Shown: piece by piece, positions 9,835 through 21,100 of the stretch | Position numbering within the stretch: position 1 is the first letter of the stretch | How the letters are laid out: each line of letters begins with the position of its first letter | DNA from: Blastocladiella emersonii ATCC 22665 | Taxonomy: Eukaryota > Fungi > Blastocladiomycota | Assembly: GCA_025594325.1 (NCBI GenBank) | Contig: JANHCV010000010.1 | Span: 992,001-1,056,000 of the forward strand | Direction: 5' to 3' | Length of the DNA stretch: 64,000 nucleotides | Notes under the pieces: model-generated | What the model was told of the DNA's origin: nothing | The model's database searches: none | Seen by the model: the letters and a program-made list of their open reading frames with translations, nothing else | Program-made: the position numbers and the translations under genes

Positions 9835-11255
9835 ATGGAACCACATGTATCCACCATCCTCGACATACAGCAATGGACCCGTGCCGCATGGAATGAGCAG
9901 GACTGGGATCACGATGCACCAACGCGTCCCATCAACGCGTTCTTGCTGGTCCAGGCGCTCGCCATCGTGGCTTTGAACGGGTCCATTGTCGTTTCAGCGT
10001 ACCGGTGTCGGTCCAAGATCATGACCAACGCGGCCAACCGACTCGCCGTGAGCTTGTGTGGCGGCTACCTTAGCTACGGGCTGTTCATGGTCGGGACCCG
10101 CGTTGCTCTGATAGTGGATTTGCGCTGGCCCGAACCGCTTTGCCAGCTGGACGGGGTGTTTACCATCTTTTTTTTATGCTTCACGGTAATGATCGTATCG
10201 AGCATGGCGCTCGAGCGGTACCAGTCCATCATCAAGCTCAACGCCATGTCCGTGAGGCAGGCAGACCAACTGATGGCCGCCGCGTTGCTCTTGTCCGCTG
10301 GCGACGTGCTGCTCCACACGATAGGGGGCCGCAGCGTGATCAGCCGCAGCGGGTTGTTTTGCTATCCGTCGTCCATGGCCACGGGTATCGGGTACTTGGA
10401 CTTGGCTCTTGTCACGTCGCAGATAGTCTCGGTTGGAGGTACTACGCTCTGCGGGAGCCGATACCAAGTATTCCACTGACGCGACCGCCGCAGGCATCTA
10501 TGTGGCCATCGTGATCCGACTCCGCAAGACGACGCGCAAGCTCATCAAATCCACGTCGCAGTCGGCCGGCTCCTCGTCACACTCGCACGCCTCGCCAACC
10601 GTGACCGCGCCCAAGGCCATCGTGGCGGGCGAACGACTCGATATCCGTACGTTTGTCGATTCATTCGCCGACCACCGCTTCTCTGAACCGCACGAACTGA
10701 TGTAGAAACCAGCGGCATGATTGGTGCCATCTCCATGACCATCGAAAGCCCGCACTTGTCAAGCATTTGTGCCACGGTCACGGCCGCCGACCTGCCCTCG
10801 ACCTCCCCAACGACGGCCACCCCCTCAACAAAGCGACCGGTCCTTGCGCGCGCCGTGACCAACGAAGCGATCCAGCTACAGTCGTTCAAAAACACGGAGG
10901 TCGAGCGTCGCATCGTGGCGCGCGGGATCTTGTCGCTAGTCGCGCTGACGTTTACGGTTGCACCGGCCAACTTTATAATCGGAAGCGCGCTGGCGACAGG
11001 CGAGCGGACAGGCGGGACGTCAGACGCGTGTACGCTTTCACGGGGCGCCCGTTGATGGGCGTGTCGCGACTGACCCGTGAAGCGCGTGTAGGGTTGGCCG
11101 TGTTCAAGTTCGTGTCCGAGCTCGCCGACCCGATCATTCTGCTCAGTATGGACGCGCGGTTCCGCGCCGCGGTGCGTGAAACGTGCCTGTGGTGGCTGCC
11201 GGGAGTCCAGGCACGTTTGGACATGACTTCCAGTCGATCGCTCAGCGTGCTGTGA
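9835..11255 (+). CDS. Class A (rhodopsin-like) GPCR, opsin-like, 4 exons
   Basis: Predicted introns at 10439-10493, about 10647-10706 and about 11030-11091 give seven hydrophobic helices. Motifs: TM1 Asn, CQLDG at the start of TM3, MALERY, ECL2 Cys (SGLFC), TM6 Pro, and TM7 FKFVSELADPIILL followed by helix-8 DARFR. Confidence 0.85.
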
Positions 11256-12371
11256 AAAAGTGCATAAGCAAATTGATAGATTGGGCGAGCGAGAAGCTCA
11301 CAGCAGCGGCACGTTCCTGCACGAGATCAACGGACACGTCATTCGCTACTCACTTTTGGGCGTGAACCGACTTTGAGGCCCGGTCAATTTACTAGCCAGC
11401 ACGTTCGCCTGCTGCTGAAGGAGAGCTTGCAACGAAAACACATCGTGTTCGGATTTTGCATTAAGCTCAAGATGGCTTGAAGACGGGGGAGAGGAGTTTG
11501 TCCACGCCACGTTCCTGCGTGCGACCTCAGCTGGACGACGATCGTGCACCCAGCTTTCACACTTGGATCTTGACATGAGCATGTTACGGTTTGCACACGT
11601 TTATAGCTCGTTGTGGATGCTTCAACAGCTGTCGTGATGCGACGTGTTTTTGTTCGGCGGGTGCGTGCGAGACAGGCTGCGAGACGTGTTGCGCCACTCG
11701 GCTGACCTGACCCGCGTCGCCTGTCACTCATATCCGAGCTTCTCGCCGTTGCCAGCCGTCCTCCCGTGCAGCACCCGACGACCCTCGCGGCACCACAGTG
11801 CATAGCCCAGCTTACCTCGAATTTCCGGGAACGTGCTTCAACCGACCGACGAGTCGGACGAGGACGACGACCATCAACTCGATGATCACCAACACCAACC
11901 CCACCGAAGTGATAGCGACGACTCACAACAAACACCAGAGACAGAGACAGATTTCCACAACAAGCCTTATTTATGCCAACATGACAACAAAAGAGAGAGA
12001 AAAAGAGGAGGAACTTGACCCAAACCGCAGCGCACAAGCACGACACTTCCAAGCTGCCCAAGCGGTGCAGCATACCGGAACCGAGACCGCTTCGCGCGGG
12101 ATCGGGCTGTCTCCGGTATCCGAGGGACACGCGCCGCCGCCCTGTTCGAAGGACTCCGACGAGACGGGCGGGACGGCGGTGCTCGCCGCTCACGAGTCTC
12201 GACGAGCGAGAGACGTGGCGGCCACCCAGGGAACCAGATTAGCGACAGCCCGGTAGGTTCTGTCGCAAGGGGGGCGAGGAGATCGTGCAGGGCGCTGTTG
12301 GGACCGACGGACATGGCCTGGCGCCGTTGTCGACACCGCGCGCCGCGCGGTCCGACGCCCGAGGGGAGGGC

Positions 12372-12995
12372 GGGGCGAGGGTGCGCGGCACGCGGCGTGC
12401 TGGCCTCGCTGCACGCTACCGCGCCGCGCGGCCGCGCGCGAGGAGCGAGGTGCGCAGGCGGGGGCGGGGGCGAGTAGCGTGCAGGAGGGAAACGAGGCGT
12501 CGAGGAGGGGCTGAAAAAACGGCGGGTGCGCGCGCTCGGGAGGGCGAGCGAGCGAGCGACCCAAGGAGCGCCAGGCGGTCGGCCGGGGCCCGTTGGACTA
12601 CGGGGAAGTGCGCTTACTTGGAGCGCGCGCGCATCTTTCTGCGCTTGCGCTTGAGGCGGCGGGTGCGCTTCTTCTTCCACTTGAGACGCATGTTCTACGG
12701 GCACACACAAGTCCGGCGAAAGAAGGTCAGTGTCTTCCACGTAAGACTGGGCGGTGGAGGTCGAGGTCGAGGTCGGGCCCGCGAGGCAGCCAGCCAGCCA
12801 GCCAGAAGCAGTGTCTTCCACTTCGGATGAGATGAGGTGTGGAGTCCGGCTCGTCAAGGAAGGAAGGAAGGCGGCGGCGGCGGTGGCGACAACGGGGAGG
12901 TCGGCGGCTGGCTGCATCGCGGGTCGGGTGGTGGTGGTTGCGAGTGCGTGCCCGATGCGTACGAGATGAAGATCAACTCAATGCGATACTGGAGC
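12372..12995 (-). repeat. Right arm of the ~620-bp inverted repeat (partner 6987-7610)
   Basis: Reverse complement of 6987-7610. Confidence 0.97.
12614..12691 (-). CDS. RPL41: Ribosomal protein eL41 (RPL41), copy 2
   Basis: Same 78-nt CDS as 7291-7368, on the opposite strand (CAT at 12689-12691). Confidence 0.97.
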   Translation of the reverse strand: MRLKWKKKRTRRLKRKRRKMRARSK

Positions 12996-13011
12996 AGACT
13001 GGGAGGCGACC

Positions 13012-13030
13012 CGCCCGTCCAATTTTCACC
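13012..13030 (-). promoter_or_regulatory. RRPE-like element (TGAAAATT) upstream of RPL41 copy 2
   Basis: aattttca at about 13020-13027, just outside the repeat arm. Copy 1 has cgaaaatatttcg at about 6975-6987 in otherwise non-homologous flank. Confidence 0.3.
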
Positions 13031-13599
13031 GGACCACGCAGGGTCGGCCGCGGGGCAGGGAGCGGGCGAGTGCGCGGCGGTGGGCAGATCCCACGTGACC
13101 GTTACCAAGGGCCTCAAACCTCCGATCGCGGACCCGCCCGAGCAAGCCGCACCGCCCGTCACGCGATGCCCCACACCCGCCACTGTCTCGCACCCGGCAC
13201 GCGTTGCGCGACGCGTCCTTGGTGCGGCATCGGACCTGACCGCAGCGGTCCCGCAAGTGCTGAAGCCAGCTGGACATGACGACTTCGCTTGGTCGCAGCC
13301 TTCCACACCAGCGTTCTCCTTGCCGCTGCAACGCGTCAGTGCCGTCGTGCGAGGCACGGCTTCTCAGCGAGGGTCATGGACAGTTCCGCCTCCGTTCGTT
13401 CGGCTGGTCTGCTGTGTGCGGGACGTGAGCTGCATGAGTCGCTGCCGCGGTCATGCGAGGGCGGACCTTCGCGGGAAGCTCGCGGCTCCTCTCTCTCTTA
13501 AACCATCCGCCGCTTCCTTCGCCCGTAAACTCTATGCATCGAAAGAGCCATGTACCACTCTGCGCAAACCGTGCTCTCGATTCCCCAGAGCAGTTTCTC

Positions 13600-14423
13600 T
13601 GTGCTCTCTCGTTCGGAGCCTGCGATCGCGCCCTTGCGCCGGGCCCAGCGCCCACGCGACGGGGTCCGCCTGGGCTACGGCGGGCTAGCTTGCTTCGGAT
13701 ACATGCTTTCAACCTGCCGCGCTCGCTTGAGTAGTCCCACTTCGCGCTCCCCGACCGTCTTTCTTTGCGACTCGCGGCCGTACTGTGTCGTCCCCGATCA
13801 CTCTCTTGAAACTACATCGAGAACGTGAACACCAGCGCTGCGGCTCTCGTGGCGCAGCGTCTTGGTGTCCTCGAGTCCCTGGCCCTCGCGAGCATCTCGC
13901 ACAGCCGGGTCTACTTTGCTCCAGGCTTCCGCTTGTTGTCGGCCAACTTGCGACCTTGAGCGGCCACGCGTGGTCTCATCAACCTTGGCCATGTGCCGTT
14001 CGTCTCGACGGAGATAGAATCTGTCGCGGCCCGCCGGCCGCTGAGCCTGGCTCGCTCAACCTTGAGTCGTAGCGGGCGCGACCCGGGCAAATGAAGCTGA
14101 CTCTCGCGGCCCTTTCCCTTCACGTTACGAAGATCAAGCTGAACGACAACGTCGGTCTTCCCCCGTATCTCACCATACGCTCGGTCTTTGTCAGCACGGT
14201 TGTACCGTGCACTTCGGCCGTGGCGAATCCCATTTCCATCGCGACCACAATCCTTGATCTGCACGGCGGCATGCTGGACGAGGCCCGCGTCGAGGTGTTC
14301 GCTCTAAGGCTTCACTCCGCCCACGCCCGCTTCCGCCTCGATCTGACAAGTCGGCAGCTTATCTTGGCCGCAATCGGCTCGACGCTTCCTCCGTCGTTCG
14401 AGTTCCCGCAGCTCGGCAGCTAA
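13600..14423 (+). pseudogene. Probable decayed LRR-family relic
   Basis: Fragments GLINLGHVPFVSTEIESV, SLNLES..LTLAALSLHVTKIKLNDNVGL and LDLHGGMLDEARVEVFALRL resemble the LRR units of 27942, 35267 and 36461, but are broken by stops and frameshifts. Confidence 0.4.
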
Positions 14424-14786
14424 CGGCCATCGCACTGGTCGCGTCAAGGCCGGTTCCGAACCTCGCGCCCACCTCGGCTCGAGGGACGGTAGAAGCCCGG
14501 GCCCAGCTGTGGGCCCACGCACGCCCCAATAAACCCAGGCGTTGTCGAGATCGCGAGACAACGCGGCGGTCATGTCGGCGTGACTCGTGGGAACGCGAAC
14601 AAAACGTGAGGGAGCGACACGTTGCTGTCCGCGGCGCTGCGCCACGGCGTGCTTCTCCGCAACTTTGCGTGCGCGCCGCGCCTCGCCGATCCCGCCGCTG
14701 CGTGCCCCCTGGCCGATCCCTACATAACCTCACCAGGCCCCCGCCCACCCTCTCTCTCCGCCCTGGCACAGACACGGTAGAACTCC

Positions 14787-16523
14787 ATGAAAGCAAACCA
14801 CGACGCCCCGCAGCCGGCGCTACGCCTGCTCTCGCTCGCCCTCGCAGCATCGCTCGCGCTCCTCGCGAGCGGCGTGGGCGTGACGCCCGCGGCCGCCTTC
14901 GGGACGCTGTGCCGCGCGCCGCCCGCTGCCGGGATCCCGAGCTCGCCCGACGTCGCCATCGCGGCCAGCGACGACCCGGTGTACCCGGCGCCCAACACGC
15001 GGATCGCGTTCCTGGGCGACTCTGGGCTGCACCCGGACTCGGTCCGCGTGCTGACCATGATCCGCGACTGGCGCGCGCACGCGGCGGTGCACCTGGGCGA
15101 TTTCGACTACGCCGACGACCCGGCGGCGTTCGACGCGCAGATCGAGTCGGTGCTGAGCGACTCGATCCCGTACCTTCTGGCGATCGGCAACCACGACGTG
15201 GCGGGGTGGGCGGGCGCCGGCGGGTACGCGGGCGTGGCCGCGAAGCGGTTGGTGGGGAAGCGGCACCGCGCCAAGTGCACGGGCGAGCTCGGGTCGAACC
15301 TCGAGTGCCGCGTGCGCGGCGTGCACCTGGTGCTGTCGGGCGTCGGCACGTTCGGGACGGGCCACGAGGCGTACGCGGCGGCGACGCTCGGCGCGTCGCG
15401 GCACGCGTGGAAGGTGTGCGGGTTCCACAAGAACATGCGCGCGTTCCAGACGGGCGACAAGCCCGACGAGACCGGGTACGGCATCTACGACGCGTGCCGC
15501 GCCGCGGGCGCCGTCGTCGCCACGGCGCACGAGCACGCGTACGCGCGGACGCACCTCATGCGCTCGTTCGAGCGCCGCGCCATGGTCCGCCCCGCCGACG
15601 CGCGGCCGGGTGGGCCTGTCATGGGCGGCAACCAGCTGCCGGAGACGACGCACCTCGCGGTCCGCCCGGGCCACTCGTTCGCGTTCGTGACGGGGCTCGG
15701 CGGCGAGTCGGTCCGGTCGGCGTACTTCCACGCGCTCCCGAAACGCCCGTGGCTCGCGGCCGTTGCGACCGCCGACGTCCCCGACGTGCGCGCCGGCGCG
15801 CTCCTGTGCACGTTCCACGTGCGCGGCGACCCGCGCGCCGCCGAGTGCGAGTTCCGCGACGCCGTGTCCGACCGCGTGTTTGACCGGTTCAACATGACGA
15901 CGCACGCCGAGCCCGCTGTCGTCGCGCAGGGGTACGACGAGAAGAAGTGCATCCACACGGTCGATGTGCCGCTCGCCGACCACGCGTCGTGGCCGTCGCG
16001 CATCTCGCTCGCGGGCCGTTCACCAGTGGAGCTCGAGTTTGACCTGCCCAAGTCCACCGTGCGCGGCCGCATCGTCAGCGCGCACCTCCAGGTCATGGGC
16101 GCGCACCCGCTCACCTCCCCCAAAACCGGCGGGCAGCAGCAGCCCGACCTGTCGCTGACCGTCGACGCGACGCTGCACCCGCGCGCGTCGCGGCGCCAAA
16201 TGTCCTCGCTGCCCGTCCGCGTGTGGCGCGCGCTCACGGGCACGGGCGCGGCGCAGTCCGCGCTGTTTTCCCCCAAACCGGGCCCGCGCGAGATCAAGTG
16301 GACGGCCGACGAGTGGGAGGCGCACGAGGTGTGGGTGTCGCCGAACCTCGCGCCGGCGACTTCTTCGTGGACGCTCGGCAACGGCGGCCACGAGCACGTT
16401 CGGGTCCGCGTCAAGGCCGAGGGCAAGGACGCGGCGACGCACGGGCACGTTGAGGCGGGCGCGCTGGGCGGGTGTCTCGCGCCGTCGCTCATGCTGCACA
16501 TTGATACCTGCGCGCAAGAGTGA
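14787..16523 (+). CDS. Secreted calcineurin-like metallophosphoesterase (MPP superfamily), intronless
   Basis: Hydrophobic N-terminal signal. MPP motifs in order: FLGDSG, HLGDFDY, IGNHD, GFHK, AHEHAY. About 200 aa C-terminal extension. Confidence 0.85.
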   Translation: MKANHDAPQPALRLLSLALAASLALLASGVGVTPAAAFGTLCRAPPAAGIPSSPDVAIAASDDPVYPAPNTRIAFLGDSGLHPDSVRVLTMIRDWRAHAAVHLGDFDYADDPAAFDAQIESVLSDSIPYLLAIGNHDVAGWAGAGGYAGVAAKRLVGKRHRAKCTGELGSNLECRVRGVHLVLSGVGTFGTGHEAYAAATLGASRHAWKVCGFHKNMRAFQTGDKPDETGYGIYDACRAAGAVVATAHEHAYARTHLMRSFERRAMVRPADARPGGPVMGGNQLPETTHLAVRPGHSFAFVTGLGGESVRSAYFHALPKRPWLAAVATADVPDVRAGALLCTFHVRGDPRAAECEFRDAVSDRVFDRFNMTTHAEPAVVAQGYDEKKCIHTVDVPLADHASWPSRISLAGRSPVELEFDLPKSTVRGRIVSAHLQVMGAHPLTSPKTGGQQQPDLSLTVDATLHPRASRRQMSSLPVRVWRALTGTGAAQSALFSPKPGPREIKWTADEWEAHEVWVSPNLAPATSSWTLGNGGHEHVRVRVKAEGKDAATHGHVEAGALGGCLAPSLMLHIDTCAQE

Positions 16524-16594
16524 TGATACATTGAAGGAATACATTGGCAACATTGACACAAACATCTAACCACACACACGAAGACGACTCTTCT

Positions 16595-17849
16595 TTACGG
16601 CATGCCGAGAGCGCGGCGGGCGGCCGACACGAGCATGCCGGTCTTGTCCTGCGACAGCTCCCAGAAGAAGACGCCGCCGAGGCCGAGCTTGCGCGAGGTC
16701 TCGGACTTGAAGGCGATGGACTGCTCGTTCTCGGCCGTGACCCAGACGCCGGCGTTGGCGTTGTAGAGGATCGGGACGCCGGCGGCCGCATCGAACGAGG
16801 CCGTGTACCCCTTGGCGGGGGTGTAGTTGATGCGGAGGTCGTCCCAGTCGACGATCCCCTTGGCGTGGGTACCCGGGCCGGTACCGGGGGTCAGCGGGCT
16901 GCCGACGGCGGGCGACTTGACCCCACCGAACGCGCGGCCCGACTGCGGGAGCCCCGCGAGCAGCTTGGCGGCGGGCACGCCGCGCTGCGTGTACCCCTGG
17001 ACGGCGGTCTGGATGCACGACACGGGGGCGTGGTGGCCCGTCACCTTGGACCACGCGCCCGTCGCGTCGTACGTCATGACGAGCAGGTGGTCGCAGTACT
17101 TGGCGAGCCCCGCCAGGTCAAAGTGCCGGTACAGCCACTCGGCGTGCGGGACCGCCGCCGAGATGCAGTACGGCGAGCGGCGGCCCGTCTGCTGCGCGAG
17201 CTGAGCGAGCGCGCGGTGCAGCGACTCACACAGCAGCGTCAGGTTCTGCCCGTCCTGCGGGCACCGCGAGTTGGCGGGCAGGCCGCCCTCGACGGGGAAC
17301 TCCCAGCTACACACACGGGCACGCGTTCGAGGGTCAGTGCCTGTCGCGCTCGTCGTCCAGCACGCGGGCAACGTACTCGATGTCGATGCCGTCAAACCCG
17401 TGCAGGGCGACAAAGTCGACGACCGACTTGGTGAACTTGGCGCGCGACTCGGGGGTGCGGGCCACGTTGGAGAACTCCTTGGACATGGTCCAGCCGCCGA
17501 TGCTGATGACCGACCGAAAGTTGGGGTTGCGCTGGCGCAGCGGGCCCTGCGGGTGGTTGAGCACCTGGAAGGCGCCGCGCAGCTGCGTCCCGTTGCGCGC
17601 CGTGTACGGCTTGTCGACGTCGGCCCACTGGTCGCCCGGCACGATCACACCCTCGGCCGAGATGTTGGCGAACGCCTACGCGGGGTGCGTGGCGGTCAGG
17701 GAAGGGTGGCGCTCGTGCGACCGCGACCACGGCCGTACATAGTACAGGTGCGTCAGCTTCTCGACGGGGATCTGGTCGGGCGTGTAGGCGCGCGGGTCGT
17801 AGACGGTCCACGAGCAGTAGTAGGCGCCGACGACGGGGTTGTGGACCAT
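16595..17849 (-). CDS. GH18 chitinase, no signal peptide, 3 exons
   Basis: Introns at 17738-17676 and 17376-17307 restore LTHLYY/AFANI, SIGGW and the intact catalytic FDGIDIDWEFP. MTYD and FFWELSQD motifs are also present. Confidence 0.93.
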
Positions 17850-17926
17850 GGTGGTGATGCGTTGCAAGGTAGGGGAAGGGCTGCTTGGCAAGGGAGCGAG
17901 GACTCGGCGCGGGGCGGGCCGCCGTC

Positions 17927-17948
17927 TTTATAGCGTTTCCATGGCAAC
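17927..17948 (-). promoter_or_regulatory. TATA box (TATAAA, 17932-17927) with adjacent RFX X-box (GTTTCCATGGCAAC, 17935-17948)
   Basis: Read directly, about 80-100 nt upstream of the chitinase ATG. Matches the GTTNCCATGGNAAC consensus. Confidence 0.6.
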
Positions 17949-18145
17949 CTTGTGAACGAGAACGGCGAGAAGCGGAAGCGCAACGGCGAGCAGGGGTCGG
18001 CCTCGAATGGAAGGCTGTCGCGTTCGCCGGCCGACCAACGCGACCTCGACCGACCCCCAAACGAGCGCTCGGTGGCGCCGTCGAAGCCGAAACCCGAACG
18101 TGAGCGTGGAATCGTAATGTATTACAGTCTGTCTCCCCCGACCCC

Positions 18146-21100
18146 CTAGCGCTGTAGCGCCTGCTGGGCGAGGTGCGTGGTGCGGAGCAGGCCGAGGTTG
18201 CGGATCAGGGGCTTCTCGATGGCGCGCAGCGGGACGTGCCCGGGCGGCGCCGCGCGCCCCGTCGGCGAGTCGCGGCCGCTCGCGCGCGGTCGCGAAGAAG
18301 AGGAGGGCTCGGGTCGCGGTGGTGGTGCGCGCCGCGGCGAGCCCGCCGGCGTCTTGCCCTTACCCGTCGCTGTCGTCGTTGCCTGCTGCTTACGCTGCTG
18401 CTGCGGCGGCGGTGCCGGCTTGACCTCGTCGCCGTGCTCGGCCGCTAGCAGCTCCTCGAGCTCGGCCTCGATGACCGCGAGCCGGCGAATGATCTTCTGC
18501 GTCCTCTCGTGCTGCTCGGTGCGCGCGACACCCGCCGCGCCGCCATTCTCGTTGATAGCACGCGCGAGCTCGACGTACAGGTGCTGCCGCTCGTCGTCGA
18601 GCCGGCGGATGCGCGGGGACGGGTCGAGGTGCGCGGCGAGGACCGCCATGGGCGCGTGGACGTGCGGCGTGCCATCCCCACTCGGCTCGTACGGGCAGTG
18701 CGGGCACTTGTGCGGGGCGTGCGCCTTGGCCAGCGACAGCGCGCGCTGCAGGTTGACGGGCACAGAGAACGACTTGCCCGCGGACTTGCCGACGACGAAG
18801 GGCACCGGGATCGCCTCGTTGGCGGCCGCGCCGACGCGCGCCACCGTGTGCGCGGGCGGGCGGACGGGAGCGGAGGTGGGAGCGCGGCCGGCCGACTTGC
18901 CGCGCTGCTGCGTGGCCGCCCGCGTCTGCGACACGCGCCGCGCCGACGCCTCGGTCGGCTGCATGTGCGCGTCCGGGCTGCGCTCGCGGCTCCGGCTCCG
19001 GCTCCGGCTGCGGTATCCGTGGCTGCAGTAGTGCTGGTCGTGATCGTGGTGGTCACCACCGGGACTCGCCGACCGCGCGCGGCGCGAGGACGAAGACGGA
19101 CCGCGCTCGGCGTAGTGGTCGTAGTACTGGTTCTCGTTGCCGCTATCGTACCGGTCGCGGGACCGGTCGCGCCGCCGCCGCTCCTTGTCCTCGCGCGGCC
19201 GCTGCTCCTGCTGCTGCTGGATCCCGTCGCCCAACTCGCGCAGCGCACTCTCTTCCGACTTTCGCGCAAACTTGCGCTCCGCGAGCTTGCGCAGCCGGTT
19301 CCGGAACTCGTGCTCCATGGCGCGTTTCAGCGCGCGCACGCGTGCCTCGTCGCGGTCTGCGGAAGATGCGGCCGCGAGGCCGGTGACCGTGGCCTCGGTC
19401 TGCACACTCGCTTCACTGCGCGGTGGCGCGGGCGACGCGAGCGAGGCCGAGGACGCGGACGTCGGCGTAATGATGGTGAGCGGGTCGGGCAGCGGCGAGG
19501 TGGCGCGCACGCGGGGTTCGGGTGCGGGGCGCATCGTCGACGTAGTGGAGTTGGGCGAGCGCGGGCTGGTCCAGGCCTCGCGGTGCGCCGCCGTGACCGC
19601 GACCGTGGGCTCAGCGCGCGGCGGCTGCGGCGGCGGCGGCGGGGACACGTCGACGGCGACCCCACTATCGCGCTCGCGTCTCGCGACCGGTACCGCCGCA
19701 GCGGCAGCCGCAGCAGCGGCGTGCCCGTGCACCTTGGCCTGGAACTCTTCAATCATCCCGCGCTGCTCGCAGACCACATCTTCCAGCGAGCGACACCGAT
19801 CCCTCGCGTCCTCGAGCTCGCGGCGCGCGCGGGCCGCCTCGTGGCTCTTCGCGTGGCGGTCAGCGTGGACGATCTCGAGCGTGGCCTTGAGCGACTTGAT
19901 CTCCTTCTCGAGCGCGTGGATGCGCGCGAGGTCCGCGCCGCGCACCGTGTCGAGGCGGGTCCGCAGCGTGTCGCGGTCGGCCGTCAGGCTGCGCACCTCC
20001 TGCGACAGCTGCGCGACGGCGGACGCGAGGTCCGTGCCCGCGTGGTGGTGGTGGAGGCTGAAGAGGGACGGCGGGGAGTCGGTGGCTGAGGAGGATGGAG
20101 TAGAAGAGGCGGCGGCGGGTGGAGAGCGCGGGGTGGCTGCGGCGGCGGCGGCAGCGGTGGGCGGGTGATGCTGTGAGCGAGGCGTGACGCGCGAGCGCGA
20201 GGCCGAGGCTGGGTCAGCGGCGGCGCCGTTGGGGCCATTGGTGTGGGTGCGGCGGCTCGGCGTCGAGACGACGGGCGGGAGTGACCGGTACTCGGGCAGC
20301 TCGGCCTGCGTCGTGTCACTGTCCTCGCCACTGCTGCCCGCGTCGTGGGTCGGGGACGGGAGCCGGGGGCTCACGACGGGGCGAGGTGCGGTTGGCGCCG
20401 GCGCCGCCGCAGCGGTGCGCGGCGAGCTGCTCGAGGCGGTTCGCGGTGAACCACTCGCGGCGGGAGCGGGCGCAGGTCGGAGATGCTGCGCGAGCGTGCG
20501 CGGGGTGACGGTCGCGTCGGTCGGTACCGCGGCGCGCTGCGCGCTAGACGCGGAGGCGGGGCTGCGCGAGGACCCTGTAGACGGCGCAGTGGCGCTGGCG
20601 CGGATAGTAGCGGACCCGCGACGGCGCGAGTCGTAGCCGGTGGGCGTCTCGGCCTTGTCGGACGGCGACGAGCCGACGGACGTGGCGGTCGACCCGAGCC
20701 GCACGCTTTCGAGGTTGAGCGGCGGCAGCGTGGGCGGCGGCGGCGATACGCTGATGCGGTGGGCGGTGGTGTTGTGGGTCCGGTCGGCCGCGTCCACGTC
20801 GTCCTCGTCGGCGCGGAGCGACTGCGACGGCGGGCTCGGGTGGAACTCGAACGCGGCGTCGTCCTCGTCTTCCTCCTCATCGTCCTCGTCTGCGTGACCC
20901 CGCGGGTTCCACGCGGACACGTCGATCGCGGCAGCCGTCACATCGCCGTGGCCCGTGCGGTCCGCGAGCGGGATGGCCGACGTGTCCGGGTCGCCGAACG
21001 TGCCGGTAAGGTCGGGGAGGTACGCGCGGCGCGCACCATCCTCGTCGGCGGGGTTGACGTACGACACGGTGCGTCGCGACGGGAGCTCGGGGACGGGGTA

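Noticed and set aside
11560-11900. SWIM-like TCSC motif (minus strand) and a possible acidic-tail relic of the ankyrin family (plus strand)
   Set aside because: The SWIM His is missing and the similarity is too short to support either call.
6987-12995. Interpretation as the TIRs of a DNA transposon or DIRS element
   Set aside because: The arms are RPL41 transcription units. I saw no target-site duplication and no DDE transposase, RT or tyrosine recombinase inside.
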